64,000 nucleotides of DNA, taken from positions 1 through 64,000 of the IMG/VR virus record IMGVR_UViG_3300021400_000491, one strand, 5' to 3'. The DNA comes from a virus. Its lineage: Duplodnaviria > Caudoviricetes. Position 1 is the stretch's first letter, and every line of letters starts with the position of its first letter. The notes below the pieces were generated by a model. It was given only the letters and a program-made list of their open reading frames with translations. It was not told the origin of the DNA and made no database searches. This document shows, one piece after another, positions 16,040-25,411 of this stretch. The translations under genes and the position numbers were made by a program.

Positions 16040-18673
16040 ATGGCGGATATTGGTATTAGCGTAGGCTTAGACACTTCTCAATTACAGCAGGGCGCAAGGG
16101 GTGCTGCTGGTTCCATTGGAGAGTTATATGAGGAAATGGCGAAGTTGCAGACCGCAGGAGAAAAGCGCAATGCCATTTATGACTACCTCAATAATGCAAA
16201 AGGTTCAGCAGATGAATTAACACAGGCTTTTCAAGGTGTTGCAAATCTTTTTGGCGTAATGCAGACACAAATGCAAAATAATAATCGCCCTTCTGTTGAG
16301 CAAATATATAATCAAGAGTTTTATCAAAAAAGTGAATCTTTCGTGGAAAAATTACGAAATGCAAATATTGCACGGTTGAAAACAGAGATAGGCTTTTGTG
16401 ATGAAAAACTTGGTGAAATGCACTCCAATATGTTAAACATGAATTCAGAATCAAAAGAGTTCGCTGATAACATCAAAACTATTTCACAGTTAGAAACAAA
16501 TAAGCAAAGACTTGTGAAAGAATTAAAAGCCGCCGAAGCAGAAAAAAACGGCGAAAATGACGGAAATAAAGCAATAAATTTATTTAAGCAGTTCTTTGGT
16601 GGCGGTCAGTTAGGTTTTCTCGGCAAACTTGGAATAGGTGGGGCGATTGCTGCAGGCGTAGTAAAAGCCGTAGACATGGGATTAAAGACTTATTCCGGGA
16701 AAACTCAAACGGATATTGCAGCAGAAGGGCAGTATCTTAACGGCGATGTAATTAACGCAAATATCACAGAAAAAGAAAACTCATGGTGGACTAAGATTCC
16801 GCTTATTGGCGGTACGATTAAAAGCGGAATACAGGTTTTTGACACAAACGAACAACGCCGGGCAGTTACGGAGTTGAACGGCTGGATTAAAGAAGCAACT
16901 CCAACAATGGATTCTCTTAGTATGTACGGAAACCTTAATCAAGGTAACGCAATAGAGAATTCACGCAAAATCGCAGACAGTTATGCGCGTATGGCTGACC
17001 TTGTTTCCAGAGGTGAAACAGGTTATAGCACAAATGAAGGTGTTGAAGTAAAGAATCAGCTTGCGCAGTATGGATATAAAAGCGAAAACGCAGAAATTGA
17101 CGCAAATTCAATTCTCAAATGGCAGAGAGCGACAGGAGCGGGAAGAAGTGAGCTTATTGACTTTGTAGGTTATGCTTCACGCTATGGTGGCGCAAACGGT
17201 GCTACAAACGCTCTCGGTATTGCTTACGGCGGATTGACCGCAAGCGGAATGGAGAAGGGGCAACTTTCGGAATTCTTGCGTGGTATGCAGGGTGTAATGG
17301 AAGAAGGAATTTCAAAGGGCTTTGTTTATGGAGCTGATGAAGTCGCAAGGAATATGTCTTTCTTCTCTAAACTCACAGGCAATAACGCAATGTGGAGCGG
17401 TGAAAACGCTGCCAGAAAAATTTCCGGGATAAATTCATCTATTGAAAACTCTACAAATCTTGATTCTGTTGCAGCCGTGATGAACTTTCAAGTTGCACAG
17501 AGCCTTATCGGAAAGACGAAAGAAGGTTTTGACGCTTATATGAAAACATTTGATATAGGCAAAAAAGATGCTGGTTTGTCGCTTTATACTGGTACGCCTC
17601 TTGATGTTTTTATGGCAATGGAAAAAGGTCTTAGCACTAAGACTGTCGAAGTAACTATGGACGCTTTATCAAAGCAGTTTAACATCGGCTATGGTGAAGA
17701 CGGCACATTAACAGGCGATGTTTTGAGTGCCGCAACTATGCTTTCTCAAATGTGGGGTTTGAACAATACAGGCGCAGTCCAGATGATGAAAACATGGGCT
17801 GTAAATGGGGTTTTTACGAATGATGATATAGAAAAAATTACATCAGACCCAACAATGACTACAAAGGAAACACAGGCACAAAAAACTATAGAGGATATAA
17901 AGACTGATGTTCAGAAGATTGCTTCTACAGGAATTACTACGGCTCAGAGTATTCTTGATGAAATAAAGGCTAAGAACGGCACAAAGATAGAGAAAAATGA
18001 CGAAAAGAGAAATCCTAATGCAATGGATTTTGACGCAATAATGGGAGATTTGTATGGAGAGAAGAGCGTTTGGGGTAGCCAAGATAAAAGGGCTTATAAA
18101 ACATTAAAAGAAAGATTTAAAAATGCAAAAGGAAATGATGCAGATATAGCAGTAAAAATACTTGATTATGCTTCAACGCTTTCAGCCGAAGATAAAAACA
18201 ACCTTGATACAAGCGGTGTCGCCAATTCATTTGAAAATATGTCTTTTGATGAAATTTTGCAAACTATTCAGAAAAAAGAATATGGAGTAGGCAATGCAGC
18301 AATTTTATCTCCGTTTAGCAACTTAGACGATGATTTCAAGTATTCTTTACCGGGAACACAAAAAAAATGGTATGGTCTTTCTGTTCCTTATAGTTTCGAT
18401 GATTTCTTGAAAAACGAAGCGGCACCTCTTGTTAATGGTGTGGCAACGGAAAACGGAACAACCGTTGATAAGGTTATCGCTCAAATAAAGAGAGACCAGC
18501 CATATTTAACAAGTGTATATGAAACTCAAAAATCAGACGGTATCATCAATGCAGGAGAAATGAAAACTCTTTTACAACTGATATTATCAGCAATCAAGCA
18601 GCAGACTTCAAACGGTCAGATGTTAAAGGACGCTATGGAAGCAATGAGCATAAATATCAATGTTCAGCAATAG
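16040..18673 (+). CDS. Tape measure-like protein
   Basis: 877 aa helical Ala/Gly-rich protein with hydrophobic GGGQLGFLGKLGIGGAIAAG segment. Confidence 0.6.
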   Translation: MADIGISVGLDTSQLQQGARGAAGSIGELYEEMAKLQTAGEKRNAIYDYLNNAKGSADELTQAFQGVANLFGVMQTQMQNNNRPSVEQIYNQEFYQKSESFVEKLRNANIARLKTEIGFCDEKLGEMHSNMLNMNSESKEFADNIKTISQLETNKQRLVKELKAAEAEKNGENDGNKAINLFKQFFGGGQLGFLGKLGIGGAIAAGVVKAVDMGLKTYSGKTQTDIAAEGQYLNGDVINANITEKENSWWTKIPLIGGTIKSGIQVFDTNEQRRAVTELNGWIKEATPTMDSLSMYGNLNQGNAIENSRKIADSYARMADLVSRGETGYSTNEGVEVKNQLAQYGYKSENAEIDANSILKWQRATGAGRSELIDFVGYASRYGGANGATNALGIAYGGLTASGMEKGQLSEFLRGMQGVMEEGISKGFVYGADEVARNMSFFSKLTGNNAMWSGENAARKISGINSSIENSTNLDSVAAVMNFQVAQSLIGKTKEGFDAYMKTFDIGKKDAGLSLYTGTPLDVFMAMEKGLSTKTVEVTMDALSKQFNIGYGEDGTLTGDVLSAATMLSQMWGLNNTGAVQMMKTWAVNGVFTNDDIEKITSDPTMTTKETQAQKTIEDIKTDVQKIASTGITTAQSILDEIKAKNGTKIEKNDEKRNPNAMDFDAIMGDLYGEKSVWGSQDKRAYKTLKERFKNAKGNDADIAVKILDYASTLSAEDKNNLDTSGVANSFENMSFDEILQTIQKKEYGVGNAAILSPFSNLDDDFKYSLPGTQKKWYGLSVPYSFDDFLKNEAAPLVNGVATENGTTVDKVIAQIKRDQPYLTSVYETQKSDGIINAGEMKTLLQLILSAIKQQTSNGQMLKDAMEAMSININVQQ

Positions 18674-18680
18674 TGAAAAT

Positions 18681-19520
18681 CTAAGAATTCTCACTTCTTA
18701 TGATTGTCGCTTTTGCCTGTAACAGTTGGGTTTCACCTAGTTTTAATTGGTTCATAAATTCATTGATGGCATTTGTACATTGACTTCTGACACCCTCAAC
18801 GGAATTTAAAAAATTGTCCATAAACTCATTGCCAAAGTCAAATTTTTTACATTGTTTTATGTAATCATTACACAATGCTTGCAGTTCTTTGGTTTGAGTA
18901 TTAACTTCTGATTCTAGGGTTTTTAATGTTTTTAATATATTGTCACATTCTTCTACTGTATGAACTACTTTATTGTTAAATGTTGCGTTTAATAAATCCC
19001 CTTTCGCCGCAAGAATTCCCATTTCTTGCTGAATCCTGTTCCCAAATGTTTTACCAAGTGCTTGAAATTCGTCTTTGTGTTTGTTCTGCTCTTCGATTAT
19101 TTTAATGTTTTTCTGATTCTGCTCTATCTCTTGCTTCAAATCATAAGAATCAATGTAATTATGATTGTTTTCTTCATACCATTTTTTAGCTTTTTCATGT
19201 GCATTTTGAACAGGTACAACCCCAATACAAAGACTTAATGCTAATCCTGCAATACCTACACCGGGATTTATAAACAATGCAAATACTGAAATTGCGCCTA
19301 AAATGCTTCCTACAATTATGCCCCAAGTTCCAGCATTTCTTTTATTATTATAATCAATATCTAAGGCGCATTTTGCACAAACACATCTCATGCCGTAATG
19401 TGCTGTTGTAGAAGTATGTACATTTCCTCTTGTACTTACACCGATTCTGTTAGAATTGCCTGTATATACAGACCGCCTATATTCTGCATGAGATTTCCCA
19501 CAAATATAACAAGTTGCCAT
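18681..19520 (-). CDS. Membrane protein (Zn-finger N-terminus, 2 TM, coiled coil); moron-like
   Basis: CxxC..CxxC, two TM helices, own leftward promoter, AT-rich. Confidence 0.65.
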   Translation of the reverse strand: MATCYICGKSHAEYRRSVYTGNSNRIGVSTRGNVHTSTTAHYGMRCVCAKCALDIDYNNKRNAGTWGIIVGSILGAISVFALFINPGVGIAGLALSLCIGVVPVQNAHEKAKKWYEENNHNYIDSYDLKQEIEQNQKNIKIIEEQNKHKDEFQALGKTFGNRIQQEMGILAAKGDLLNATFNNKVVHTVEECDNILKTLKTLESEVNTQTKELQALCNDYIKQCKKFDFGNEFMDNFLNSVEGVRSQCTNAINEFMNQLKLGETQLLQAKATIIRSENS

Positions 19521-19605
19521 TTTTTACCCTATGTATGATTATAATACAAATTTGTGCAAATTCGCAAATAAAAAAGGTGTTTACTACAGATTGTAATAAA
19601 AAATG

Positions 19606-19902
19606 TCAATCGTTTTTCACTTTTTCGATAAACCTTTCAATATCTGCAAGAAGCGTATCATACTTCTTTTTATAGATGTTCTTTTCTTTGCCTGTAGCAA
19701 GATATTCAACGGAAGTTTCAAGCCGTTCTGCAATTTTACAAGCATCAAATACATCTGGGGCAACATTTTTGGAAATCCTACCTCGGTGCGATTGCAAGTT
19801 TATTCTGCATGATTCGCAAAGTTCTATCTGTGAGATTTCTTTTTCCTTGCACTTCGCCTTAACTCGCTCATAAAAGGCTTTGATTTCATCTTCTGTACTC
19901 AT
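19606..19902 (-). CDS. XRE-family HTH regulator
   Basis: ISQIELCESC..IAERLETSVEYLATG; divergent from antirepressor. Confidence 0.8.
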   Translation of the reverse strand: MSTEDEIKAFYERVKAKCKEKEISQIELCESCRINLQSHRGRISKNVAPDVFDACKIAERLETSVEYLATGKEKNIYKKKYDTLLADIERFIEKVKND

Positions 19903-20114
19903 ATTCGTATTACATTGCTATTATCGTATTTTTTAGAAAAAAAGACAAGTGAAAAATAGTCAAAAAGAAATTATTTTGAAAGAAAATATTGACAAAGATT
20001 TCTAAATGGAATAATAATAATAATATAAAATAGCCGTATGGCAATTTTAATAAAACAAGTGATTTTAGGTGTTCAAGTCTGCAAACCTACTGCCTAAAAT
20101 CACAAGGAGCTTTT

Positions 20115-20966
20115 ATGCAAAACCCAATTAGTTTATCGGCTGAAAATGCCGTTGGTTTAGCACGGAATGATGTAATGACATTCAACAGTGCTGAATTTGG
20201 AAATGTGCGGACGGTCGTAATTAACGGCGAGCCGTGGTTTGTTGGAAAAGATGTTGCGGTGTCTTTGGGATATAAGGAAACTGCAAAAGCCGTCAGAGAA
20301 CACATTGATAATGATGATAAAGGGGTGTCCGTTTTAGACACCCCCGGCGGAAAGCAAAATGTAACAATCATCAACGAAAGCGGCTTGTATTCGCTCATTC
20401 TTGGCTCAAAGCTGGAATCCGCAAAGAAATTCAAGCATTGGGTAACAAGTGAAGTCTTGCCGTCAATCAGAAAGACAGGCGGCTACAATGTACCGAAAAC
20501 TTATGCGGAAGCCTTGCAGATTGCGGCAAATCAAGCAAAGCAGATTGAGGAAAAGAACAGGCAGATAGCGCAGATGAAGCCGTCCGCTGATTCTTGGGAA
20601 ACTTACGCCGGGGATATGAAGCAGCGAAGCAAGGAAAAATCTTTCCGTGATGTTGCGAAGCTCTTGGGGCTTACGCCGCAGAAAGCACTTATCAAATGGT
20701 TCTTTGATAACGGCTATATCATGCGTGGCGGTGACGGTTGGACTGCAACCCAGAGGGGAATAGAAAGCGGAATGTTGGTAAATCGCATTATCACGGCGCA
20801 GAACGGACACGCCGGGGAACAATGCAAGGTTACGACATTTGGCATGATGAAGCTCTCCTACTTGAAGGGGGAGGGAACTTTTGACAACTGCATAGCGCAG
20901 GAAAGGACTTTCGGCGAGCGCAGAAAGCCGAGGAATTACCGCAACAAGTCCACTCTGACGGACTAA
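20115..20966 (+). CDS. Phage antirepressor (BRO-N plus KilA-C/ANT)
   Basis: VRTVVINGEPWFVGKDVA, INESGLYSLI, FKHWVTSEVLPSIRKTGGY. Confidence 0.92.
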   Translation: MQNPISLSAENAVGLARNDVMTFNSAEFGNVRTVVINGEPWFVGKDVAVSLGYKETAKAVREHIDNDDKGVSVLDTPGGKQNVTIINESGLYSLILGSKLESAKKFKHWVTSEVLPSIRKTGGYNVPKTYAEALQIAANQAKQIEEKNRQIAQMKPSADSWETYAGDMKQRSKEKSFRDVAKLLGLTPQKALIKWFFDNGYIMRGGDGWTATQRGIESGMLVNRIITAQNGHAGEQCKVTTFGMMKLSYLKGEGTFDNCIAQERTFGERRKPRNYRNKSTLTD

Positions 20967-21007
20967 AAGAACAACCCAACGATACATTTTTAAGAGGAGA
21001 TAACGAT

Positions 21008-21280
21008 ATGACTATAGGCGAAATTTACGGAACGGCACTAAAAGTGCAGAATCTTTCCAACGAAGAATGGGATGCGTTCAATTCATTTTTTGACGAGCGC
21101 GATGTAATCAACAACGACATGAAGAAGGAAAACCCGGCTTTGTTCAATGCCCTTTGCCGAATGAAGGAGAATCAAGCGAAGATTGAAACGATTGACGCTC
21201 TTTTCTGCTCGTGTGACGGCAAATTTGAGGACATGACGGTTTCAACAAGCCGGGAACTTGCGATAGCAAGCAATTTTTAA
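21008..21280 (+). CDS. Hypothetical protein
   Basis: RBS GAGGAG, 90 aa. Confidence 0.7.
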   Translation: MTIGEIYGTALKVQNLSNEEWDAFNSFFDERDVINNDMKKENPALFNALCRMKENQAKIETIDALFCSCDGKFEDMTVSTSRELAIASNF

Positions 21281-21293
21281 ACTTTGTAAAAGA

Positions 21294-21329
21294 GAAGAGG
21301 TCGTGAGAAATCACGACTTCTTTTTTTTC
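21294..21329. terminator. Bidirectional terminator between convergent operons
   Basis: GTCGTGA-GAAA-TCACGAC flanked by A and T tracts. Confidence 0.7.
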
Positions 21330-21577
21330 TCAAAGAATTCCTGTACTCTTACCGTTGCGTTTTCGTGAATTTTGTTCATTGCTTCAAGAGCGTCTTTCTT
21401 TGAAGTTTTGCCGAAAACGCCGATTATAAGTCGGGCGTAAATATCGGTGAATAGAAAGGCAATGCTTCCAGCTGTACCTTTAGCGAAGTTCTTTTCAATT
21501 TTTCCGCCTTTTACTTTGATTTCAATTTCGGTTTCCTGTACACGGTTGATAAAGTCTTTTACATCAGTCTGTTTCAT
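21311..21577 (-). CDS. Hypothetical protein
   Basis: Last gene of leftward operon, 88 aa. Confidence 0.6.
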   Translation of the reverse strand: MKQTDVKDFINRVQETEIEIKVKGGKIEKNFAKGTAGSIAFLFTDIYARLIIGVFGKTSKKDALEAMNKIHENATVRVQEFFEKKKKS

Positions 21578-21965
21578 TTTTCTGTTTCTCCTGTTCTTCT
21601 GGTATTTTGTGGTTGTAATCTATGATGTTCCCAAAGGTAAAAAGTGCAAAATCATTCGCACATGATTCACAAAGGCTCATGTTGCAGTTAGAAGCACCTC
21701 TTATATCAAGATTCAAGAACAGTGTGGAATTCTGTTTTATTTCCTTTTTGCAACGGCTGCAATGTTTTTTCGGCTTTACTTTCATATATCGTGTGTCTAC
21801 CTGCATTTTCCCGGTATCATACAGATACATCATGTAAATATAGGTCGGCACGAGAAGAAGCGATACAGTGCCTAAGAAAGCCCATTTTTTATTGAAGCGT
21901 TTGGCAATTTTCCAGACATTGGGAATTTCCTTAAATTGTGCTATATAATACTGTCCGAATGTCAT
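21564..21965 (-). CDS. Hypothetical protein with TM segment and CxxC..CxxC
   Basis: Operon-coupled to MTase; CSRC..CESC. Confidence 0.6.
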   Translation of the reverse strand: MTFGQYYIAQFKEIPNVWKIAKRFNKKWAFLGTVSLLLVPTYIYMMYLYDTGKMQVDTRYMKVKPKKHCSRCKKEIKQNSTLFLNLDIRGASNCNMSLCESCANDFALFTFGNIIDYNHKIPEEQEKQKNETD

Positions 21966-21967
21966 TT

Positions 21968-22714
21968 CTATTCTGCCTCCTCAAAAAGTGATTGCATTTT
22001 AATATGTTTGTTTTCATCGATAAGTTCTGATTCATCGAAAAGAGAAGGACAAAAACCGCCCTCGCTTTTAAGCCGTTCAATGGCTGGAATAAAGTATTTT
22101 CCCCGAAGCTCACAGCCTAAGAAATGCCTGCTTTCATTTCCCGCAACTAAAAGCGTTGAGCCACTTCCGGCACATGGGTCAAAGACTGTCTGATTAGGTC
22201 GTGAATTTTCTATGATAAGCTGCCTTAATAAATCGTGATTCTTTTCTGTCGGGTGTAGTTTTCCTGTTCCTTGCGGATATGTAAGCACGGAAGGAATACA
22301 GAAGCCGCCGAAATATGCGCCGGGCTTTTTAGTCCATACGGCGTTTTCTACTGAATTAAGGTATTCTTTTTCGCCGTTCATTACGCTTGGATTTGTCTTA
22401 GCCCACACTAAATGTCGGGTAGGGTATTTTTTTTTCTTAAAGTATGTGAAGATTTGCGCAAGCTGTTCTATTCCGCAGAATATGACGATTGAGCCTTTTG
22501 TCACTTTATCTACGAGTGGCAAAAACTCTGACAGCTCGAATGTCTTAGTGTCTGCATCGCCTTTATCCAGATTCCTTCTATCCATGCCGTTATGTCCGAT
22601 ATTGGTATTAACTTCGCAATACGGTATGTCGGTAAGTGTGAGGTCAACGGAATTCTTAGGCATATTCTTCATGTATTCTATGCAGTCGCAATGTATGAGC
22701 GTGTCAAAGTCCAT
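21968..22714 (-). CDS. DNA N6-adenine/N4-cytosine methyltransferase (beta class)
   Basis: TDIPY (motif IV variant), HPTEK, VFDPCAGSGSTL (motif I). Confidence 0.9.
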   Translation of the reverse strand: MDFDTLIHCDCIEYMKNMPKNSVDLTLTDIPYCEVNTNIGHNGMDRRNLDKGDADTKTFELSEFLPLVDKVTKGSIVIFCGIEQLAQIFTYFKKKKYPTRHLVWAKTNPSVMNGEKEYLNSVENAVWTKKPGAYFGGFCIPSVLTYPQGTGKLHPTEKNHDLLRQLIIENSRPNQTVFDPCAGSGSTLLVAGNESRHFLGCELRGKYFIPAIERLKSEGGFCPSLFDESELIDENKHIKMQSLFEEAE

Positions 22715-22740
22715 TTTGTTTTAGTTCCTCTTTATATAAT

Positions 22741-23976
22741 CTATTTAGTCATTTCTTTTAGAATCTGACTGAACATTGCTTTTGCAAAACATGGCGGTAC
22801 GGCATTTCCGATTTGTTTAACAATCTCAACTTTCGTACCTGTAAACTTATAATCAGCCGGAAAACCTGTAGCGGCTGCAAGTTCATTCGGCTGCAACATT
22901 CTGAATCCTAGTTCTATTCCGTATGCGCCGGAAACAATGTCAAAATTGTCTTTTACAAATTCGTTTGGAATAGGTACGCCGATTTGATAGTTTTTGCCTT
23001 TTCGGTTTATGAGCGGTTCGACAACTCCGTAACGGTTGCTTGTGTCTAGTGTCGGTACAGGTTCAGAAATTGCGTGAACACGGTTATTGCCGCCGTTATA
23101 TCTTGCGAGAAATGGACGGATTAACATATGATGTGCGCCGCTGCAAGAGATAGTTGAAAGCGGCATTTCTAAGCTCTCTGCATTTGATTGTCCGTAAAGC
23201 CTAGCAATAAATGGCTCTGCATTATCTCCCCAAAATTCTCGGATTCCGTATTCAATCCTTCTTAATGTCGCGTCTGCAAGAGGCTTCTTTCTTTTGCTGA
23301 TAAGCTGGCAAGGAATAGACCAATCTATAATTTCGCTCGCAGCTCTCCATTTCGGAAGGAATAAGTCGCCGTTCTTAGTGTTTGTCTGGTCAGCCCAAAC
23401 AATCCTTTTTCCGCAATCTTTTCTAACGGCTTGAATAAACAATCTTCTTCGTGTTGTTGGTGCGCCATAATCAGCAGCACAAAGAACTTTATAAGAAACC
23501 GTGTAATTAAGAGATTGAAGAGAGCGAATATAAGCCTTGAATGTTTTTCCTTTTTCAGACGGAATCGGTTTTCCTTCTGGTGTCAAAGCTCCCCATGACT
23601 GAAATTCTGGTACATTCTCAATAATTACTCTTTTTGGGTGAAGTGTTTCGACAAACCGAAGCACTTCCCAAGCTGGGGCGCGTTGCTGTTCATTTCGCGG
23701 TTTTCCGCCACGAGCTACGCTGAAATGTTGACAACCGGGGCTTGCCCATAGTAAATCGGTATTCACCGCAGCTTTTAGTGATTCTGGATTTATTGTCTGT
23801 ACATCTTCTATTCTGTGTTCAGCAAACGGATAATTCGCCGCGTGAGTTTCAATCGCTCTTTCCCAATGATTTATTGCTGAAATGTTAACATTGAAGCCGT
23901 ATTCTTCGGCGGCGTTTATCAATCCTGTAGATTCGCCACCGCCACCGCAGAACATATCTATTATGTTCAGATTCAT
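22741..23976 (-). CDS. DNA cytosine-5 methyltransferase
   Basis: DMFCGGGG, SPGCQHFS, IENVPEF, YGAPTTRRRLF, KQIGNAVPP. Confidence 0.93.
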   Translation of the reverse strand: MNLNIIDMFCGGGGESTGLINAAEEYGFNVNISAINHWERAIETHAANYPFAEHRIEDVQTINPESLKAAVNTDLLWASPGCQHFSVARGGKPRNEQQRAPAWEVLRFVETLHPKRVIIENVPEFQSWGALTPEGKPIPSEKGKTFKAYIRSLQSLNYTVSYKVLCAADYGAPTTRRRLFIQAVRKDCGKRIVWADQTNTKNGDLFLPKWRAASEIIDWSIPCQLISKRKKPLADATLRRIEYGIREFWGDNAEPFIARLYGQSNAESLEMPLSTISCSGAHHMLIRPFLARYNGGNNRVHAISEPVPTLDTSNRYGVVEPLINRKGKNYQIGVPIPNEFVKDNFDIVSGAYGIELGFRMLQPNELAAATGFPADYKFTGTKVEIVKQIGNAVPPCFAKAMFSQILKEMTK

Positions 23977-23978
23977 TG

Positions 23979-25100
23979 TTATTTACTTCCTTTCACATGA
24001 ACATCAAGAAGCAGATAGCCCTTGTATGATGATTTTTCGTAAACAAAGCCGTTTGATTCCATTGCAGAACGGAAATCTTTCATCTGCTGCATTGTGGCTC
24101 TCATAAGTATAGGCTCTGATTCAATTCCACACTGTTTAGCGAGTGTTGCAATAGGCATTGTCACATAGAAGTCAAAGAGTTTTTCTATCGGCTGTTTTGG
24201 CTGTTCCGGCTGAACTTCTGTCACTTCGTGTGTGCTGAAATCAACATTGTATGTCGGCTGTTCCGTACTCTCTGTTGTTTCTACTGTCTGTGGCTGTTCC
24301 GGCTCGTTTGCCCTCTGCATTAAGGCTGCCTGTCTTTCGGCTTCAAGCTGGGCTTTGCGTTCTTCTTCTTCCTGCAGGCGTTTTCTGTTCTCCCGGAGTT
24401 CAGCACCACGGCGCAAGGTTGCCTGTAAATCAAGTGTGGTAAGATACAATTCTTTGAGTGTCGCGGTGTCCTCTCCGAACTGTTCAATGCTCTGTAAGTC
24501 ACCTGTGATACGGTCAATGATATGTGCAATATCATCATGAATCTGTTTTGTTTTGTATGATTTGTTAAGCCATTTTTCGTTGAAGATTTTTTCAAGCGGA
24601 ACAAGATTGAAGTCGTACACTTTCCAGATGTCGGCAATTTCGGCGCGTTTTGCTTCCTTCTCTCTTCGCTCTTCTTCCTTAACAACGCCGTCAAGCTGAA
24701 TTGTGCAGCTTTTGACAAGGTTTACTGATTCGCTTACAAGGTCTTTGAATCCGTTGAAAGGTTGCATCCATTCCTTTTCATAGGCGATACGAGCGTCATT
24801 CATCTGTTTTGCGAGTGTGTTTAATTTTGCCTTGCGGTCGGCGGCTTTTTTCGGGTTTCCGATGTATTCTTCGATTGAGAAGTTATCTGTAAGGGCTTTG
24901 ATTGAATCCCTAATAACCCTTGCGTTTGTTGTCAGAGTTCCGATTTTCATGTCGGCAACGAAATTCAATGATTCAATCGGCAAGATTGCGATTTCGTTCT
25001 TTGGCTCTTCTGCCGTAAGTTCCGGCTGAACTACAGCTTCTTTTTCCTGTTCTGTCTGATTCTCTGGAACAAGAACATTCTTTTTTGTTGTTCTAGGCAT
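23979..25100 (-). CDS. DUF1351-like coiled-coil phage protein
   Basis: Start ATG 25100 after GAGGAG; AKLN.LAK..ND.RI..EK...PF..F..VK pattern. Confidence 0.75.
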   Translation of the reverse strand: MPRTTKKNVLVPENQTEQEKEAVVQPELTAEEPKNEIAILPIESLNFVADMKIGTLTTNARVIRDSIKALTDNFSIEEYIGNPKKAADRKAKLNTLAKQMNDARIAYEKEWMQPFNGFKDLVSESVNLVKSCTIQLDGVVKEEERREKEAKRAEIADIWKVYDFNLVPLEKIFNEKWLNKSYKTKQIHDDIAHIIDRITGDLQSIEQFGEDTATLKELYLTTLDLQATLRRGAELRENRKRLQEEEERKAQLEAERQAALMQRANEPEQPQTVETTESTEQPTYNVDFSTHEVTEVQPEQPKQPIEKLFDFYVTMPIATLAKQCGIESEPILMRATMQQMKDFRSAMESNGFVYEKSSYKGYLLLDVHVKGSK

Positions 25101-25116
25101 TGTGTTTTTCTCCTCT

Positions 25117-25225
25117 AAAAAAAAGAAAGCCGTCTGTATTCTTGCCTCTACAGACGGCTTAAAATGTCGTTTGCACGACACACCGCATAAAGCGGTTTAG
25201 AAAAGGCAAGATATTTTCTAAACCG
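25117..25225 (-). promoter_or_regulatory. Leader element B: loop-complementary hairpin/terminator
   Basis: 12-bp hairpin with loop TATCTTGCC; ACCGC-TTTAT-GCGGT; TGTCGT-GCAA-ACGACA; 12-bp terminator with loop GAGGCAAGAA plus TCTTTTTTTT. Confidence 0.85.
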
Positions 25226-25236
25226 TTCTATTTTAG

Positions 25237-25294
25237 AATTGCTTTATTAAGCAACTCTAAAATAATCTTATTGCTAAATAGCGTAATTTGTCAA
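25237..25294 (-). promoter_or_regulatory. Promoter plus palindromic operator TTGCTT-N4-AAGCAA
   Basis: TTGACA(25294)-18-TAAGAT; AATTGCTTTATTAAGCAA identical to 34386-34403. Confidence 0.75.
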
Positions 25295-25411
25295 TAAGAA
25301 AATTATGTAATTAAGCAGGAATTTGAGTAAATTTGTTAAAATTTTTGAAATAATTATGTAATTAAGTAATTTTTCATTGAATTTCTGAATAAAAGTGTTT
25401 AAAATGGAGTT

